Shown here piece by piece: positions 45,629-59,237 of a stretch of 64,000 nt of DNA. Both the position numbers and the translations under genes were made by a program. How positions within the stretch are numbered: position 1 is the first letter of the stretch; each line of letters opens with the position of its first letter. Source of the stretch: Selaginella moellendorffii (taxonomy: Eukaryota > Plantae > Lycopodiophyta). The stretch covers positions 504,964-568,963 of the forward strand of contig NW_003314351.1 of the NCBI RefSeq assembly GCF_000143415.4. Direction: 5' to 3'. The notes below the pieces were generated by a model. That model had not been told where the DNA came from. It was given only the letters and a program-made list of their open reading frames with translations, and searched no databases.

Positions 45629-48600
45629 TTAGGCCTGAAGTAACAGCGGCTGTGGTCGTCTCTGTTGTATCGTGTCCAGATCCACGTCCCCCCTTCGTGC
45701 TGCCTGTAAAATCCCATTTGGCGGCCTCCATTTCCACTTAACTCCTTCCGGTCCCTCTTGTCCAAAGCAGGGGAACCACCGGTTGTGCCATGCCTGGATC
45801 CTCGCATATTTATCCTGTTCCCTAAGTAGCATATCCCTCAACTTGACTGCTGCTAGTGACAGCCTCCACCACGTCACGATAATCGTTGAAACCCATGCCT
45901 GCTTGTCTTCAAAGTGGTGGAGGTTCCTCGCTTCCCAAAGTGCCTGGACTGTCGTGGCTCTCCAGACCGCCCATCTATCATGACCCACTGCCTGCCATAC
46001 TGTGGTCCCGATCTCTGCTCCTGTCGGATCCCACCTAGCTTGTAACCCCCACCTGTTGTGACCCCAGCATTTGATCCGTCTCCAAGCAGGTCCCGTGGGG
46101 GGTCCCCTCGCTCCTTCGAACCACTGCAGCGTATCACCCTCCCTGACCTCAAACTCCTGCGTGACTCCTAGTTCTTTTGTGGCTCGCGAGATCTGCTTCC
46201 ATACCTCCTTCGCCACATCGCACTCCTAGAAGACATGTGCCACTGTCTCTAGCGCCCCACATTCTCTGCATCTCTGTGCTGCATCCTCCTAGAATCTCTG
46301 ACCTACCGGGAGCCCGTTTATGGCTACAAGCCACGATATCACCTTTACCTTCTCGTGGACCGGGAGCTTCCAGAAATCATGGGTGTTGTTCACAACTTCC
46401 CCCGCGTCTACCCCTAGCTCAACCCATTTCCTCCACAACTTTGGCATCTCCTCGCGCTGGAATTCCCGGTTGACCATAAGATTGTCACATGCTTCCTTCA
46501 CCTCATATGCAAAAAACTCTTGTGTCCCACATCTCCACCCTGCAGGATCCCAATCTAGCTCCTCGATGAGCTGATTCCTCCACCAAATAAAGGTCCCTGT
46601 TTCACTGCTGCTCCGGCCTAACTCCGCGACTTCCACCTTCTTGGGCGTTTGGTGGAGGACGCAAATTCTCCCCATGACCTCCCCATCGCTGACGTCTGGC
46701 ATCTGCTGTGTGTCTCCCCTCTCCATCAGCGTCCCGTTGTCAAGTGCCCGGAATGGTCGTCCGGTGTTCTCACCGGGGGAGATAACCCACCATACCTCAG
46801 TCTCACCATTACTCCAATCCGGAGTGGGGGCCATGACCAGTGCCCCAGCTTTCCCTTAGTCCCTCCGACTTGCGTCCCGCGCTGCAGTGCTACAAAGTCC
46901 CCTTCTACGAGTTTACGTCTCGGCCAAGACTTTCCCGGGCGAGCGTCGCACGTAGCCCTAATCAGCCGAATGAGATCTCTATGGAGGTTCATCCTCGTCC
47001 CTGTGCGGAAAGCATTAAGTCTCTGAGCGGCTACCACCTTGTTCCTATCCACCACGCCCACCAAGTCCTTGAGTGTCTGGAAACCTCCTTGGTGCAAGTG
47101 CCTCCAAGTCGTATGGTTCCTTTCCCGTCCTAACGTTGTTTGTCCTTCTTTAAACAGCGCATTGAAGAAAAGAGGCTGGTTTAGCCAGTCCTCTGCCCTT
47201 GTGGGAGTGACCTGGTCCAGAGGGAAGGACTTCTAGAGCCGGTGTATCCCTTGTATGAGTGGTCCACCCCCAATAACCTGTGTCTGTCCCTCCGCAAAAA
47301 GCCATTGCGGGTCCTCCTCCCACAGCACTGCAGGTCCCTGCTTTGGCCGAATCGAAAGGAGGCTCTACCTGAAGAGCAGCTTCCATGGTTGGCGGCTTGG
47401 CTGTAGTCCCAACAAAATCACTTTATACCTCAGCGCCTTTGCCATGTCGCTCGGGTCGATTATTCCCAGCCCTCCGAGTGCCCAAGGCCGTGCCGTCGAT
47501 TGCCATGCCACTTTTGCCATGGTCCTCCCCGAGACCAAAGCGCCTCTCCACACATACGTGCGGACCATCACACGTAATTTCTTTATTGTTGCCTCCAGCA
47601 CCGGCCATATTGATAGGTGGTACTAGATCCTCGGGAGGATTATGCTTCTCGCCACTACTACTTGAGCTGGTAGCCCCAGTTTCCTCGGTGACCATTTGAG
47701 GATTGTGGTTTTGGTACGACTCAGCAGCATTTCGTCTTGTGTGTTTGCGCGGAAATGAACTCCTACCTGTATACCAAGGTATCTCATGGACTCTCCTTGC
47801 GCCAACCATTGGAACCCTATAGACTGTCCCCATGTCTCGATCCCCTGGGCTCCCCAATTGACCCCTACGGACTTGTTCCAGTTGATGGCTGCCCCTGCCA
47901 CTATGTTGAATTTTTCCAGGCCTTCCTTCGCTTTGTCTAAGTTTTCCTGTGACGCTTCCAGGAATAGGGCCGTATCATCCGCGAAGGCCCCATCCAACAG
48001 GGAGTGCACCACCTGCTCTGTACCATGGAGCTGCTCCCGAGACTGTGGGAGGACTAGTCCCTTGATTGATCCTTGCTTAGTCAAGAATGCTCCCAACGCT
48101 TCTGCCACAATCAGGAATAAGTACGGCGCCAAGGGACATCCCTGCCGGACAGATCTCCCCAGCTTGAAGGGCGGTCCGAGCTCCCCGTTGATTACAACCC
48201 TGCTCGACACTCCTCTATATAGCAGGGAAATCCTCTTCACCATCTGAGACAGGAGCCCAATCCTTACCATGCAACGCTCTAGGAAATCCCAATCCACCCT
48301 GTCATATGCCTTTTCGAAGTTCAAGAGCCATGCCACCATATGTTGATTCGAGACATTTGCCCATCTCTGAGCGAGAAGATATGTCCATATGTTCTCCGCG
48401 ATCTGTCTTCCTAGGACAAAACCTGTCTGCTGCTCTCTAATTACCATCGGCATCACCGGTTGGAGTTTGAGGGCCATCGCTTTTGCATAGATTTTATATG
48501 CCGTTGTGAGCATCGTTATCGGGCGCCAGTTCCTCAGATCTTTTAAGTCCCCTTGCTTTGGCAAAAGAGCAATCTGTCCCTCAAGGAGCTCCACCGGGAG

Positions 48601-50121
48601 CCTCCCATCTACCTGTGCCCGTTTCCACGTCTCCAAATGTGGGGGGCCTAGCGCATCCCAGTTCGCTGTGAAGAAGGCAGGGATTAGTCCATCTACGCCT
48701 GGCATCTTATCGTCGCTGAGCCTGTCTAGCGCCTGTTTGAGGTCCTCCAAGGAGAGGTCTATCTCTAACTGCTCCTTCCACTCTTGTGGTACTTGATCTT
48801 CTAGTGAAGCCAATACTTCTGCCGCCACCTGCTCCCGTTCTTCTGAGGCCTCTTGCGCCTTGTATAGGTTCTGGTAGAATTCCTGAGCCCGTGACAGCAT
48901 CCCTGGTTGGTCTTCCACTAAGGATCCCCCCTGGTTTTTCAAGCCCTGGATTGGGGGAGAGTTCGAGATCGGTCGAATCCCCTTGAAGAACGCCTTGTTG
49001 AGGAGGCGCTCATTTGTCATCCAGCTTTCCTCCATGCAGCGGATGTCTGAGTTCCACGCTCGCACCTCGTGCTCTTGCAGCTCTGCCTCCCGTTGGTCCA
49101 GCTCAGCTGCCCACCTCTCCGCTGTCGGGAATCTGGTTACCATCCGCTGAGAAGCCGCCACCTTTTTACGCGCCACACGCACCCCTCGAAGGATCTCCCC
49201 CTTGAGTTGGGATTGCCTCTCCTTGCATGCCTAGGAGCATTTTGCAAGTTTGTCCACCAGCCCCATCGACTCGTTCCCCAGTATCTCATGGATTCTTTCC
49301 ATTGCTTCTGGATCTTTGAGTGTGGCCTTGGATATTCGTGCTTGAGTCCTGGGTCCATGCTCCTTCTATAACTGAACCGTGCATCACACTGGGTCATGAT
49401 CCGAGAAGGACTTGAAACAGGGCCATGAGGAGAGCTCCCCTCTGTCTTGTCGCACCCTCTTGGATGCGTAGAAGCGGTCCAAACGTGCTTGGCATGTTGT
49501 GGATGACTGCCTAGTGAACAAGTGGCTGTGAGGCATGAAGCCTTCTGCGTGTTGGAGGTCGATCACCCCCAGTCCTTCCAGAAGTGTCAGCCATTTTAGT
49601 CTCTCCCTCCCTTGGATTGATTATTGACCCCCTTGGCGATCCTCTACGCTTTCCACCATGTTGAAGTCACCAAACATCAGCCACTCCTCTGCTTCTCCCC
49701 GTGCCTGGCTTAGCACTTCCTCCCAAAACGCTGTCCGGGCTGTCCTATCATTAGGGGCATATACGTTCACTATCCCCACCCGGCCAAAGTGGAAGGCGAA
49801 CACCAGCAACTACGCCCTGCCAGGGACTAAAACCTTGTGGGATAGCACTTGCGCTGACCATTTGGTGGAGACCACTAGTGCTGTTCCTCCCCCTAGCCTC
49901 GATCTGACAGAAATGGCAGGATTCCACCATGTTCTAACTCGCATCCCTATCCGGAAGTCTGGAGCTTCAGTCATTTTGTCTTCTTGTAGTCCAAGCACAT
50001 CGATGCCTCCTTCCAAACCTAGCTCGCAAACGTGAGATTTAAGTTGGGCCCTCTTGTTGAGTCGACTGTCTGTGGAGCTGATCCCTCGACAGTTCCATGT
50101 CACAATGAAGAACGTGGTCAT
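45629..50121 (-). pseudogene. LINE ORF2: APE endonuclease, reverse transcriptase and C-terminal zinc motif
   Basis: TWNCRG, LQE, NVYAPN, GDFN, RLDRFY and SDH; then NWRPITML, FEKAYDRV, RQGCPLAPYLF and FADD; then CxxC..ETVAHVF.EC. Several stops and frameshifts. Confidence 0.92.
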
Positions 50122-53100
50122 GTGGCTACGTATTTCCAAGCCAAGGCACTAGAACTCGGCTGGGCCCTCCAGTCTATGGAGATTGTCCACACCGCCGTCG
50201 GTTTCCCCTTGTAAGTCGCCCAGGAGAAGCTCCTCACCGTGAAGGTTTGGAATCCTGTCCATGCCGTGATCGCCTTCTCCATCTGCGTGTGATAGTCCCC
50301 TGCTGTGACAACTTCCGGGAGTGACGAGTCTCTTCTGTACACTAGCTAGTCCCCTGCTTTTGACTGTGAGACCTCTCTTTTCAGATGCATCCACCGGATC
50401 GCCATGCAAACCGAATTGGGGAGGACCAAGTGGAAGCCGTCCGTTTCCTTGACTTCCAGCGGTCCATCAAACAGCTTCGAGACTCCCCGCCCGTTTCCCA
50501 CCACTGGGCCTGAAGGGAACCGGATGTGCGGGGCTCCCGCGGGGGGGCGGCTGCTGAGTTCCTGTTCTGCCTCCGCTTCCAATTGAAAGGGACGACCCGG
50601 GGCCGGCTGGGATTTCCTCATCGCGCAGGTGGCTTCGACATGTCCTGACCCCTGGCACAGGTTGCATTGGATGAGAGAGTCTTCTACTTGCACCCAGATG
50701 TTTTGGCCAAGTACTGCTAACTCCCTGGGGATCGACTCAGTGTTCCTTGCGAAGACTTTGAGGCGGACCGGTCCTAGCACTCTGATGTTGGCGGTGCAAT
50801 CTAATCCCGCTTCCACTGAACCGATGGAGGTCTCCACCATCTCCTTTATCACCTCCGGGATTCTCATTTCAAGAGGTACGTCCCACAGTGCGATATGGAC
50901 CGGGAAACGTCCTCCCTTCAACCGCACCTGGTCTTCTGCCGAGAAACGGGGGATCCATGGGTTGAAAGAGACTGCCCATTGGTCATCTACCAGCCTGTGT
51001 AGGAGTTCAGCTTGCGTTTGGGCTGCCTCTGAGTCGAACTTCAAAGTGTCGAAACAAGTATCCCTTCTGGCAGTGTAGCATTCAACCAGTCATACGCCAT
51101 TTTCCCCGTGGGGAATCTCCCTCGAAAGACCGTTATCATGGCACTAGCTTTGAGCTCCTGCTCCTGTGCCAGTATCGCCTCCCTCATGGTGGAGGAGAGT
51201 TGTAACGGCTGGGCTCTCATGTATTCCACCGCTTCTGATCCCAAGGCTCCGCTTCCAGCTGCCCCTGTTTCCTTGGCCTCCTTCCCCCGGTTATTCACCT
51301 CACAAGTCCCAACTCCCTGGCCCTGTTCTCGCATTTCTTTTTCTTTGTGGGGGGCGATGTCCCTCTGCAAGAGTTGAACTCCTCCATTCCTCGCAGTACT
51401 AGCTTGAGTGTCCCATTCCCATTCCCTAGGTCCCTCTCTCTGCTCTATGGGGCGAACAGAGTTTTTCCCTTCTCCGCTTGGGTCTATCTTATTAGTTTGG
51501 TACTCCCCTATTCCTGCTCTTCTTCCTCCTGCAAGAAGTCTTCCACGGCATCAGCCCATTCCACATCGTCTCTGCTCCCTTCGAGGCCAGTTCGGCGCTC
51601 CGCCACCTTTCTCCCTTTCATCTTTTTTTTTCGCCTTCCTTTCTGTCTTTGCTAGCCGTGATTTCTTGGCCGCCTCCTCGCTCATTCAAATCGACTCCAC
51701 TTCTTGGATCTCCAATATCTCTGCGAGTGACTGTTGCATTCCTTCTCCTCATCCTCCCTCGGGCGTTCTTTCCTCCTCCTGTGCAATTCTGTCTTCTTCT
51801 TCCGGGTCACCTATACGGCTCTCCTGCTGGCCCTTCTCCCTACTAGGTGTAGACGCGTATGCCTTCCACCTTCTCACAGCCTCCTCAATCATCAGAGCTG
51901 CGGTCCTGAGGGCCGGGCCTAGTGACTCGGCCTCTCCCAACGGGTTGATTTTCTTGTGACACCATTCAGCTTGCAGTATGTCTTGGGCCAGGAGCAGGTC
52001 CGTGAGTGATGATCGTTGGATCTCTTCTTGGAAATCCTGCGGGTCCCAATTCAGCTTCTCCTCCCTGTCCCTTCTTGGCATGCAGTCTTGCAAAGGATGC
52101 CCTTGGTGGATTGTCCGACCTCTTTCCAGGGGCTGCAAGCAGGATCTCCTTGCTAACTTTGCGGAGTTTCCTGGTGACCCGGACCTTAATCCCTTTTCCC
52201 TGTTGGTGAGGTCCGAGAGACATCGGTGAGCGAACCTCCTACTCAAGGAGGCTCCCATGTCCTTCTCTCCTTGCATCTAGAAGCCGTGCCATGGAGACTC
52301 CCCTCTACTAGTTTCGTCCCTTCCCTCTTTGGTAGGATCCCTTTTGCTTCTCTCTCCTTCTCCCAAGATTTCACTGAGTGGTCTGTCTTCTCGGGATCTT
52401 TGTGAGGCTCCTATGCCGTGTGACTGGGAGGCACTGAGGTTGAGCTTGCATCTCACCTTCTCAAGTGAGGTTCTCCATGTCGCTCTTGGGCTCTCCCCTT
52501 TATGGCCCGCTGGAAGTGTCTGGGCGAGCCTTTCCTGTGCGTCTTTTCCCGCTCCCGGAGTGTCCAGGTCTTGCCCCATTGACCTTGAGATGCCCGCTTC
52601 CTATTCCACCATTCTGGGCGAAACTCCCTCGTCTACACCTTTCAAGGGGTCGGCTTCTTTCCCTCGCACTGGCGATAGGGTGCTGACCTGCGAGCTCCCT
52701 TTGCCCCTGCTCCGCAGCGTTACTTCATCTTCCTCCTCTGCTTCCCTCCTTGTTTCTCTAGGGGATTTTAGCAACTTGTCAGCCTTGGTCTTCTGGCTTT
52801 CCTTTGAGTTGGGTGGCTTCTGTCTCTTGGGCCCTGCTGTGGCACCGCTCCCACTGATGGGATCCTCTTCCCCCTTGTCACACCCTAGCTCGTGAGGACT
52901 TTACGAGCTCTCCATATTCCTGACCCTATCCTGGCTTGTCTGCGACCTGTCTCGTGATTGCCCTAAAGAAGAGCTCCGCGCAGGAGGTGAGGCCCCTATC
53001 TTCGTTGGGTTCCCCGGGGACGAGCCTCTCGCGCTTGCTGCCCTACCCTTCAGTAGACCACCTTGTGGGAGGCGCACACTTAAACCCCGTCCTTGTGCTC

Positions 53101-53300
53101 CCCTACCAAACGGTAGAGGTAGAGCCCCCGATTCCCCTGAGCCACTGCGCGTCTGCTTTGCCAGCTCCATCGCCCTTAGACTTGGCAGCTGCTATTCCTC
53201 CCTTGACCAGGACAGTGGCACTACCCAGTCCTGCTCTCCTATGCTTGGCTGTGGTGTTGTTCAGGGCAGCCATGGCTCCAGGTGCCCAGCTCCCCCACGC
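50118..53300 (-). pseudogene. LINE ORF1 (long disordered N-terminus, RRM-like region, CCHC knuckle)
   Basis: FNPWIPRFS..FPVHIALWDVPLEM and CNLCQGSGHVEATC. Broken by stops; the start is approximate. Confidence 0.75.
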
Positions 53301-55094
53301 CCATGCGCTCCCAGCATTTTTCTTCTTATAGGTTAGGTCCCTCTAGGTCTCTCAGTCCGAGTTTGAGTCCGAGGGTGAAAGCCTAAAGCAATCACCTCCT
53401 AAACCCTAAGGGGTTTGGTGAGCTCCAAAACTATAGTGTGGGGAGGACTTCAATGGAGCCAGTTTAGCTAGGAAAGGGTAGTGTGACCAAGGAATGTTAT
53501 ACCCACACAGTGGGTGATGCTATAACCATTGAGGAGTCCATGGCTAGAGTGAACATAAAGACCTAAGATGGATTCTGAGGTCAAGTCTGAAATGGATCTA
53601 AGATAAACATGAGATGGAGTCTGAGGTCAAGTCTGAAACAGATTTGAGATAGACCTGAGATGGAGTCTGAGGTCAAGTCTAAAATGGACATGAGATAGAC
53701 TTGAGATGGAGTCTGAGATCAAGTCTGAAATGGACCTAAGATGGAGTTTGAGGTCGAGGCCAAGATAAAGATCAAGACAGAGACCGAGAACAAGACAGAG
53801 ACCAAGACCAAGATCGAGACTGAGACTGAGTCTGAGTCCGAGTTTGAGTCTAAGTCTAAGTCTGAGTTTGAGTCCATGTCTGAGTCCGAGTCTAAGTCTG
53901 AGTTTGAGGATAAAAGCCCAAAGCGATCATCTCCCAGACCCTAGGGGGTTTGGTTCCAAAAGTATAGTAGAGGGAGGACTCCAATGGAGCTAGTTTGGCC
54001 ATGAGAGGCAAGTGTGACCAAGGAAGGCTATACCTATGTGGTAGGTGATAATATAACCACTAAAAAGTCCAAAGTTAGAGTGAACATGGATAGACAATTA
54101 GGGTAACTTAGTAAAATGTTCAAAAGCTGACTCTAGCTCCCTCAGGGAGATCAAATGGTCAATGCTCCCAATCCAAGTGTGGGTGGCACTACCTACTTGG
54201 ATATTTGGTGTGGCTCATTGGAACCTCGCTCTAGCCTCATGGCTAGGCACCCAAAGGCGGAAGGTGGGGAGAGTACCCATGAGGCTCACATAGGGCCACG
54301 GTGTTTCGAAATGTTGTCTCAAAGTCCCAAACTATGGAAAGGAAGAGGAGTAGTCCTATTGAGTAGTGACCAAGGATGTAGTCATGTGATAAAGAAGTCC
54401 CAAAGGTTAATAGAATGTAGTGGTTGAGCCTTTCCTAGTGGCAGTATTGGTGAAGACAACTGGGGACGAAGAGGGATTTGGTGGGGAATGAAAAAGGGAT
54501 GTTGAAGCAGGCTATTCCCTGTATCTCTAGGGATTCTAAGAATGCTAAGGAGTGGTTTTGGGATAATCATTCATAAATGAATGGCCTAGTCTTTGAGAGA
54601 CAGGACTATGGTATTGGTGGTCTAGGACTACCAATGAGATAAGGGTAAATAGACATAGCCTTAGTGTAATGGGTTAATATATCAATAGTGCTTTTGGGGT
54701 GTCAATCATGTTATCGGAAATATGGAGTACTTAGACCAACTACAAAGGTTGAATAGCATAGATGCTATTCATAAAGTTAGCAAATCCGCAAGTCTAGAAT
54801 AAGACTTATGGAGGTTTAGAGTTAAACATCTCCAAGTTGCCAAAGGTGTGGTTAAGTGACTAAAGTAGAATGAAAAATTTAATCACTTACATTGTTATGC
54901 TTTTTTAGGAAGGTGACCCTTTTACCTTTATATTGTATCCTTATGCTTGGTGGAAGGTTGCGCTTTGCATTTTGTTTGACTCAATAATAGTAGCAAGCTT
55001 TCACTGATCTTGACTTAATCTTGGTAGCCCTACACCTTGGCTGAGGATGGTGATGTTCAACTTAGTTGTTTGCTGTTAAGTGCTAGTATTAGTA

Positions 55095-55915
55095 TGTGAG
55101 ACACAAATCCCTAAACCCCAAAAGTGGAGTAGAAAGGGCGCCATATAGTAGTGGCTGAATTGGAAGTCCAACAAGTGTAACATATTTGGACCAAAATCTT
55201 TGACTTAGAAAGTCAAGAGTAGGAATGGAACCCTGAACAAAGTGCTCGAGAAATGAGCATGAAGCAATCAATGAATGAGTCTCTAAAAAGGGACACAAGA
55301 AAGATTGATATATGGCAAGTGTCGTGACATATGGAAGTGTCAGAAATGAGTCCAAGAAGGAGTCTGATATGAACCCAAGATGGAGTTCGATATGAACCCG
55401 AGATGGACTTGAGTTGGAGTCGAAGATGGAGTCCAATATGGACCCAAAATGGAGTCTAAGATGGACCCAAGATGAACTTGAGATGGAGTCCAAGATGGAC
55501 TTGAGATGGAGTCTAAGATGGACCCAAGATGGAGTCTGAGGTTGAGTCCAAGATGGACCTGAGATGGAGTCCGAGACTGAGATCAAGACCAAGACCAAGA
55601 CTGAGATAGGGACCAAGTCCGAGTCCAAGTCTAAGTCTGAGACTAAGACTAAATCCCAGTCCCAATCCCAGTCCATGGGTGAAAGCCCAAAGCAATCATC
55701 TCCCAGACCCTGAGGGGTTTGGTGAACTCCAAAAGTATAGTAGGGGGAGGACTTCAATGGAGTTAGTTTGGCCAGGAAAAGCCAGTGTGACCAAGGAAGG
55801 TTATACCCATATGGTGGGTGATGATATAACCACTGAAGAGTCCAATGTTAGAGTGAATATAGATAGACAAGTGGGATAACTCGGTGAAGTGTTCAAAATC
55901 CGGCTCTAACTCCCC
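55095..55915 (+). mobile_element. Family A LTR, 5' portion
   Basis: Starts TGTGAGACACAAATCCCTAAACCCC, includes the array and promoter block, and is truncated near 55915. Confidence 0.85.
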
Positions 55916-56835
55916 TGGTGTTGTAGAAGATAGTGTTGTTAAACTTATATGGTTTTTCTATGTTGGCATGTTGATTCTACCTTTGTTGATAACATTTAGT
56001 TGTATTTAGTTTATAGGGTTAAATTTCATTGAGCTTTGGATGTGATGATTCACTCCTTGATGATATATTATCTATAACTAAGTTTTGCTGAAGGATTGGT
56101 CTCAAATATTAAATTAATCTTGGTTAGTTTGGTTGCTAAAGAGTATTGAGTGGTGGTTTGCTCTTGCTTTTGTTAGCTTTGTTACGGTGTTCATGGCATT
56201 GAATTAATGCCTTAATATTGACATTATTGAAGTTGAAATTGAATAAGATGAGATATCATTTTATTCCGCTCATCTCAATAAAGATGGTATTGATAGTTGG
56301 CTGTACTTTTGCATAATTGGCATTTGTATAATTTGCTAGTTAACAACTATATTATGGTTCAAACAAGCTGAGTAACAAGTTGAGTTAATTGTGTTTTAGA
56401 CAAGATTGTTAAGTAAGGGTCTTTAGTTTTTCCTTGAAAAGTGATTTAATCATATACTATACTAGCCTTGCAAAAAGAAGAGTTAATAATTGATATTAAA
56501 GTTGTTGGTTTGTTGTTGGATTGGAGTTGAGAATATATCAATTATTGAAATTTCTTTTTATATTTGTTATGAAATGAGTTATGTCTTGCTATAGATGGAT
56601 TTATAGAGGATCAGTTGATAATCACTTATTCAACATAGCTTTGTTGTGCTGAATAACTTTTAGATTAATACAAACATATTTTCATTAGCTTTTACATTAT
56701 GAAATTTAGCTTCTAGAAGGATATTATGGGTATATGACATGTGGTACATGGAGACTTTAGGTTCCACTTCATAGTTATCCTATGGTAAATCATCATAGGA
56801 TAAAGGGTAAAAACCTCATACACTAGAACTTGAGT

Positions 56836-57355
56836 CCTTTCTTAGGATGCCCGCAGACATGGGGAATAACCTTCCCCAATATCCTTTTTTCGGTCCTCAC
56901 CAAATCCCTTTCTGTCCATGGCTGTGTTCACCAACACTGCCATTGGATCAAGCCCCATAGGCCCAACCACCAAGTCTCACTGTCATTTGGGACTTCCTCC
57001 CCGTGTGACTATATCCTTGGTTGCCACACCAGAGGATTACTCCTCTTCCTTTCCACAATCCAAAACCTTGGGATAACATTTCGAAACAACGTGGGCCTAC
57101 ACGAGCCTCATGGGTACTCTCCCCACCTTCTGCCTTTGGGTGCTCTAGCCATGGGCTTAAAGCGAGGTTCTATTAAGCCACACTAGGTATCCAAGTAAGT
57201 AGTGCTACCCACGCTTGGATTGGGAGCATCGACCATTCGATCTCTTGGGAGAACTAGTGCCAAGTCTTGAACAATTCACCAAGATACCCCGCTTGTCGGT
57301 CCGTATTCACTCTAGCCTTGAACTTCCTAGTGGTCATTCCATCACCCAACAGTTG
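56836..57355 (-). mobile_element. Family A LTR internal fragment
   Basis: Reverse-complement homology to about 37810-38330. Confidence 0.8.
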
Positions 57356-59237
57356 TGTAATCGACTAATTTTTTTATTCTACTTTACTCACTTAACCACA
57401 TCTACGACCACTTGGAGGAGTCTCATTCATAACCTCCATAAGTTCGATTCAGGACTGGGGCTTGCCAACCCAGAGAATGGCATCCATGCCACTCAACCTT
57501 TGCACTTGGTCCAAGTGCTCCATGTGTTCGATCCCCTGATCGACACCCCAAGGTACCACTGATATATCAGCCTATTATGCTAAGGCCATGCCCATTCATC
57601 TTGGTCACACCGGTGGTCCAATACCACCTACATTGCAATCTTGTTTCTCAAAGACTGGGCCATCCATCCATGAGTGATTAGCCCAGATCCACTCCTTAGC
57701 ATCCTTAGGATGCCTGCAGACATGGGGAATAGCCTTCCCCAATATCTCTTTTCCGGTCCCCACCCAGTCCTTTTCTGTCCATGGCCGTGTTTGCCAACAC
57801 TACCACTGGATCAAGGCCCACAAGCCCGTCCACTAAATCCCACTGTCCTCTGGAACTTCCTCATCATGTGGCTGTATCCTTGGTCACCACACCAGAGGAC
57901 TACTCCTCTTCCTTTCCACAATCTGGGACTTTAGGACAACATTTTGGAACACCGTGGCCTTACATGGGCTGCATGGGTACTCTCCCTACCTTCTGCCTTT
58001 GGGTGCTCTAGCCATGGGCTTAGAGCGAGGTTTCGTTGAGCCACACCAGGTATTCAAGTAGATAGTGCCACCCACACTTGGATTGGGAGCATTGACCATT
58101 CGATCTCCTGGGGGAATTAGAATCAGCTCTTGAACACTTCACCAAGCTACCCTACTTATCGGTCCATATTCACTCCAGTCTTGGACTTCCCAGTGATCAA
58201 CTAATCACCCAGCACCTGGGTACAACCTTTCTGGGCCAAACTAGCCTTTCCTAGCCAAACTGGCTCCACTAGGCTCTAACCCCCACACTCTCCCTACTAT
58301 ACTTTTGGAACCCTGTAGCCCAGCCCCCACCCTTGGGGGACAATTGCTTTGGGCTTTCACCTAACAGCCTATAGTAGTATTCGGACTCAGACTTAGTCTT
58401 GGTCTCAAACTTGGACTCGGTCTCGGTCTCGGTCTCGGTCTTGGTCCAGGTTCTATCTCGGACTCCATCTCGAGTCCATCTCAAACTTCATCTCCGACTC
58501 CATCTTGGGTCCATCTCGAACTCCATCTCGTGTCCATCTATCTGGGGTCATCTGGGGTCCATCTCGGACTCCATCTCGGGTCCATTTTGGGTCTATCTCG
58601 GACTCCATCTCGGGTCCATTTCAAGTCCATCTCGGACTCCATCTCAGGTCCATCTCGAACTCCAACTCAGACTCCATCTGGGGTCCATCTCGGGTCCATC
58701 TCAGACTCCATCTCGAGTCCATTTCAGGTCCATCTCGGACTCCATCTCGAGTCCATCTCGAACTCCAACTCGGACTCCATCTGGGGTCCATCTCAGATCC
58801 ATCTCAGACTCCATCTTGGACTCCATCTCGGGTCTATTTCGGGTTCATCTTGGACTCCATCTCGGGTCCATCTCAAACTCCAAGTCGGGTCCATCTTAAA
58901 CTCCATCTCGGGTGTATCTCGGACTCCATCTCGGACTCCATCTCAGACTCCATCTCGGGTCCATCTTAGACTCCATCTCAGGTCCATCTTGGACTCATTC
59001 TCAGACACTTCCACGTGTCATATGTTGGTCCTCTTGTGTCCCTTTTCTAGAGACTCACTTATTACTCACTTCGTGCTTGTTCTTTGAGCACTTTGTTAGG
59101 AGTTCCACTCCCGCTCTTGACTTTTCAAGTTGAAGATTTTAGTCCAAACGTGTTACGCTCGTTTGGCTTTTGCTTCGGCCACTACCACGTGGCACCCTTT
59201 CTGCTCCAGTTTAGGGCTTAGGGATTTGTGTCTCACA
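57356..59237 (-). mobile_element. Complete family A-type LTR without TSD
   Basis: TGTAATCGACTAATTTT...GGATTTGTGTCTCACA. The flanks AGTTG and ATCAA do not match. Confidence 0.88.

Larger units (their letters stand above)
45525..53349 (-). mobile_element. Full-length L1/Tx1-type non-LTR retrotransposon (degenerate)
   Basis: 17-bp TSD TCTCA(A/G)TCCGAGTTTGA at 45508-45524 and 53350-53366, enclosing ORF1 and ORF2. Confidence 0.92.
44790..54891 (+). mobile_element. Older family A solo LTR, split by a LINE and carrying an internal duplication
   Basis: TGTGAGAC at 44790 and CACTTACA at 54891, flanked by CTGTT/TTGTT (TSD with one mismatch). The host sequence GAAAAGTGGC.GTT|A.GCTTTT..GAAGGTGACCC matches the uninterrupted copy at about 22680. 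Confidence 0.85.
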
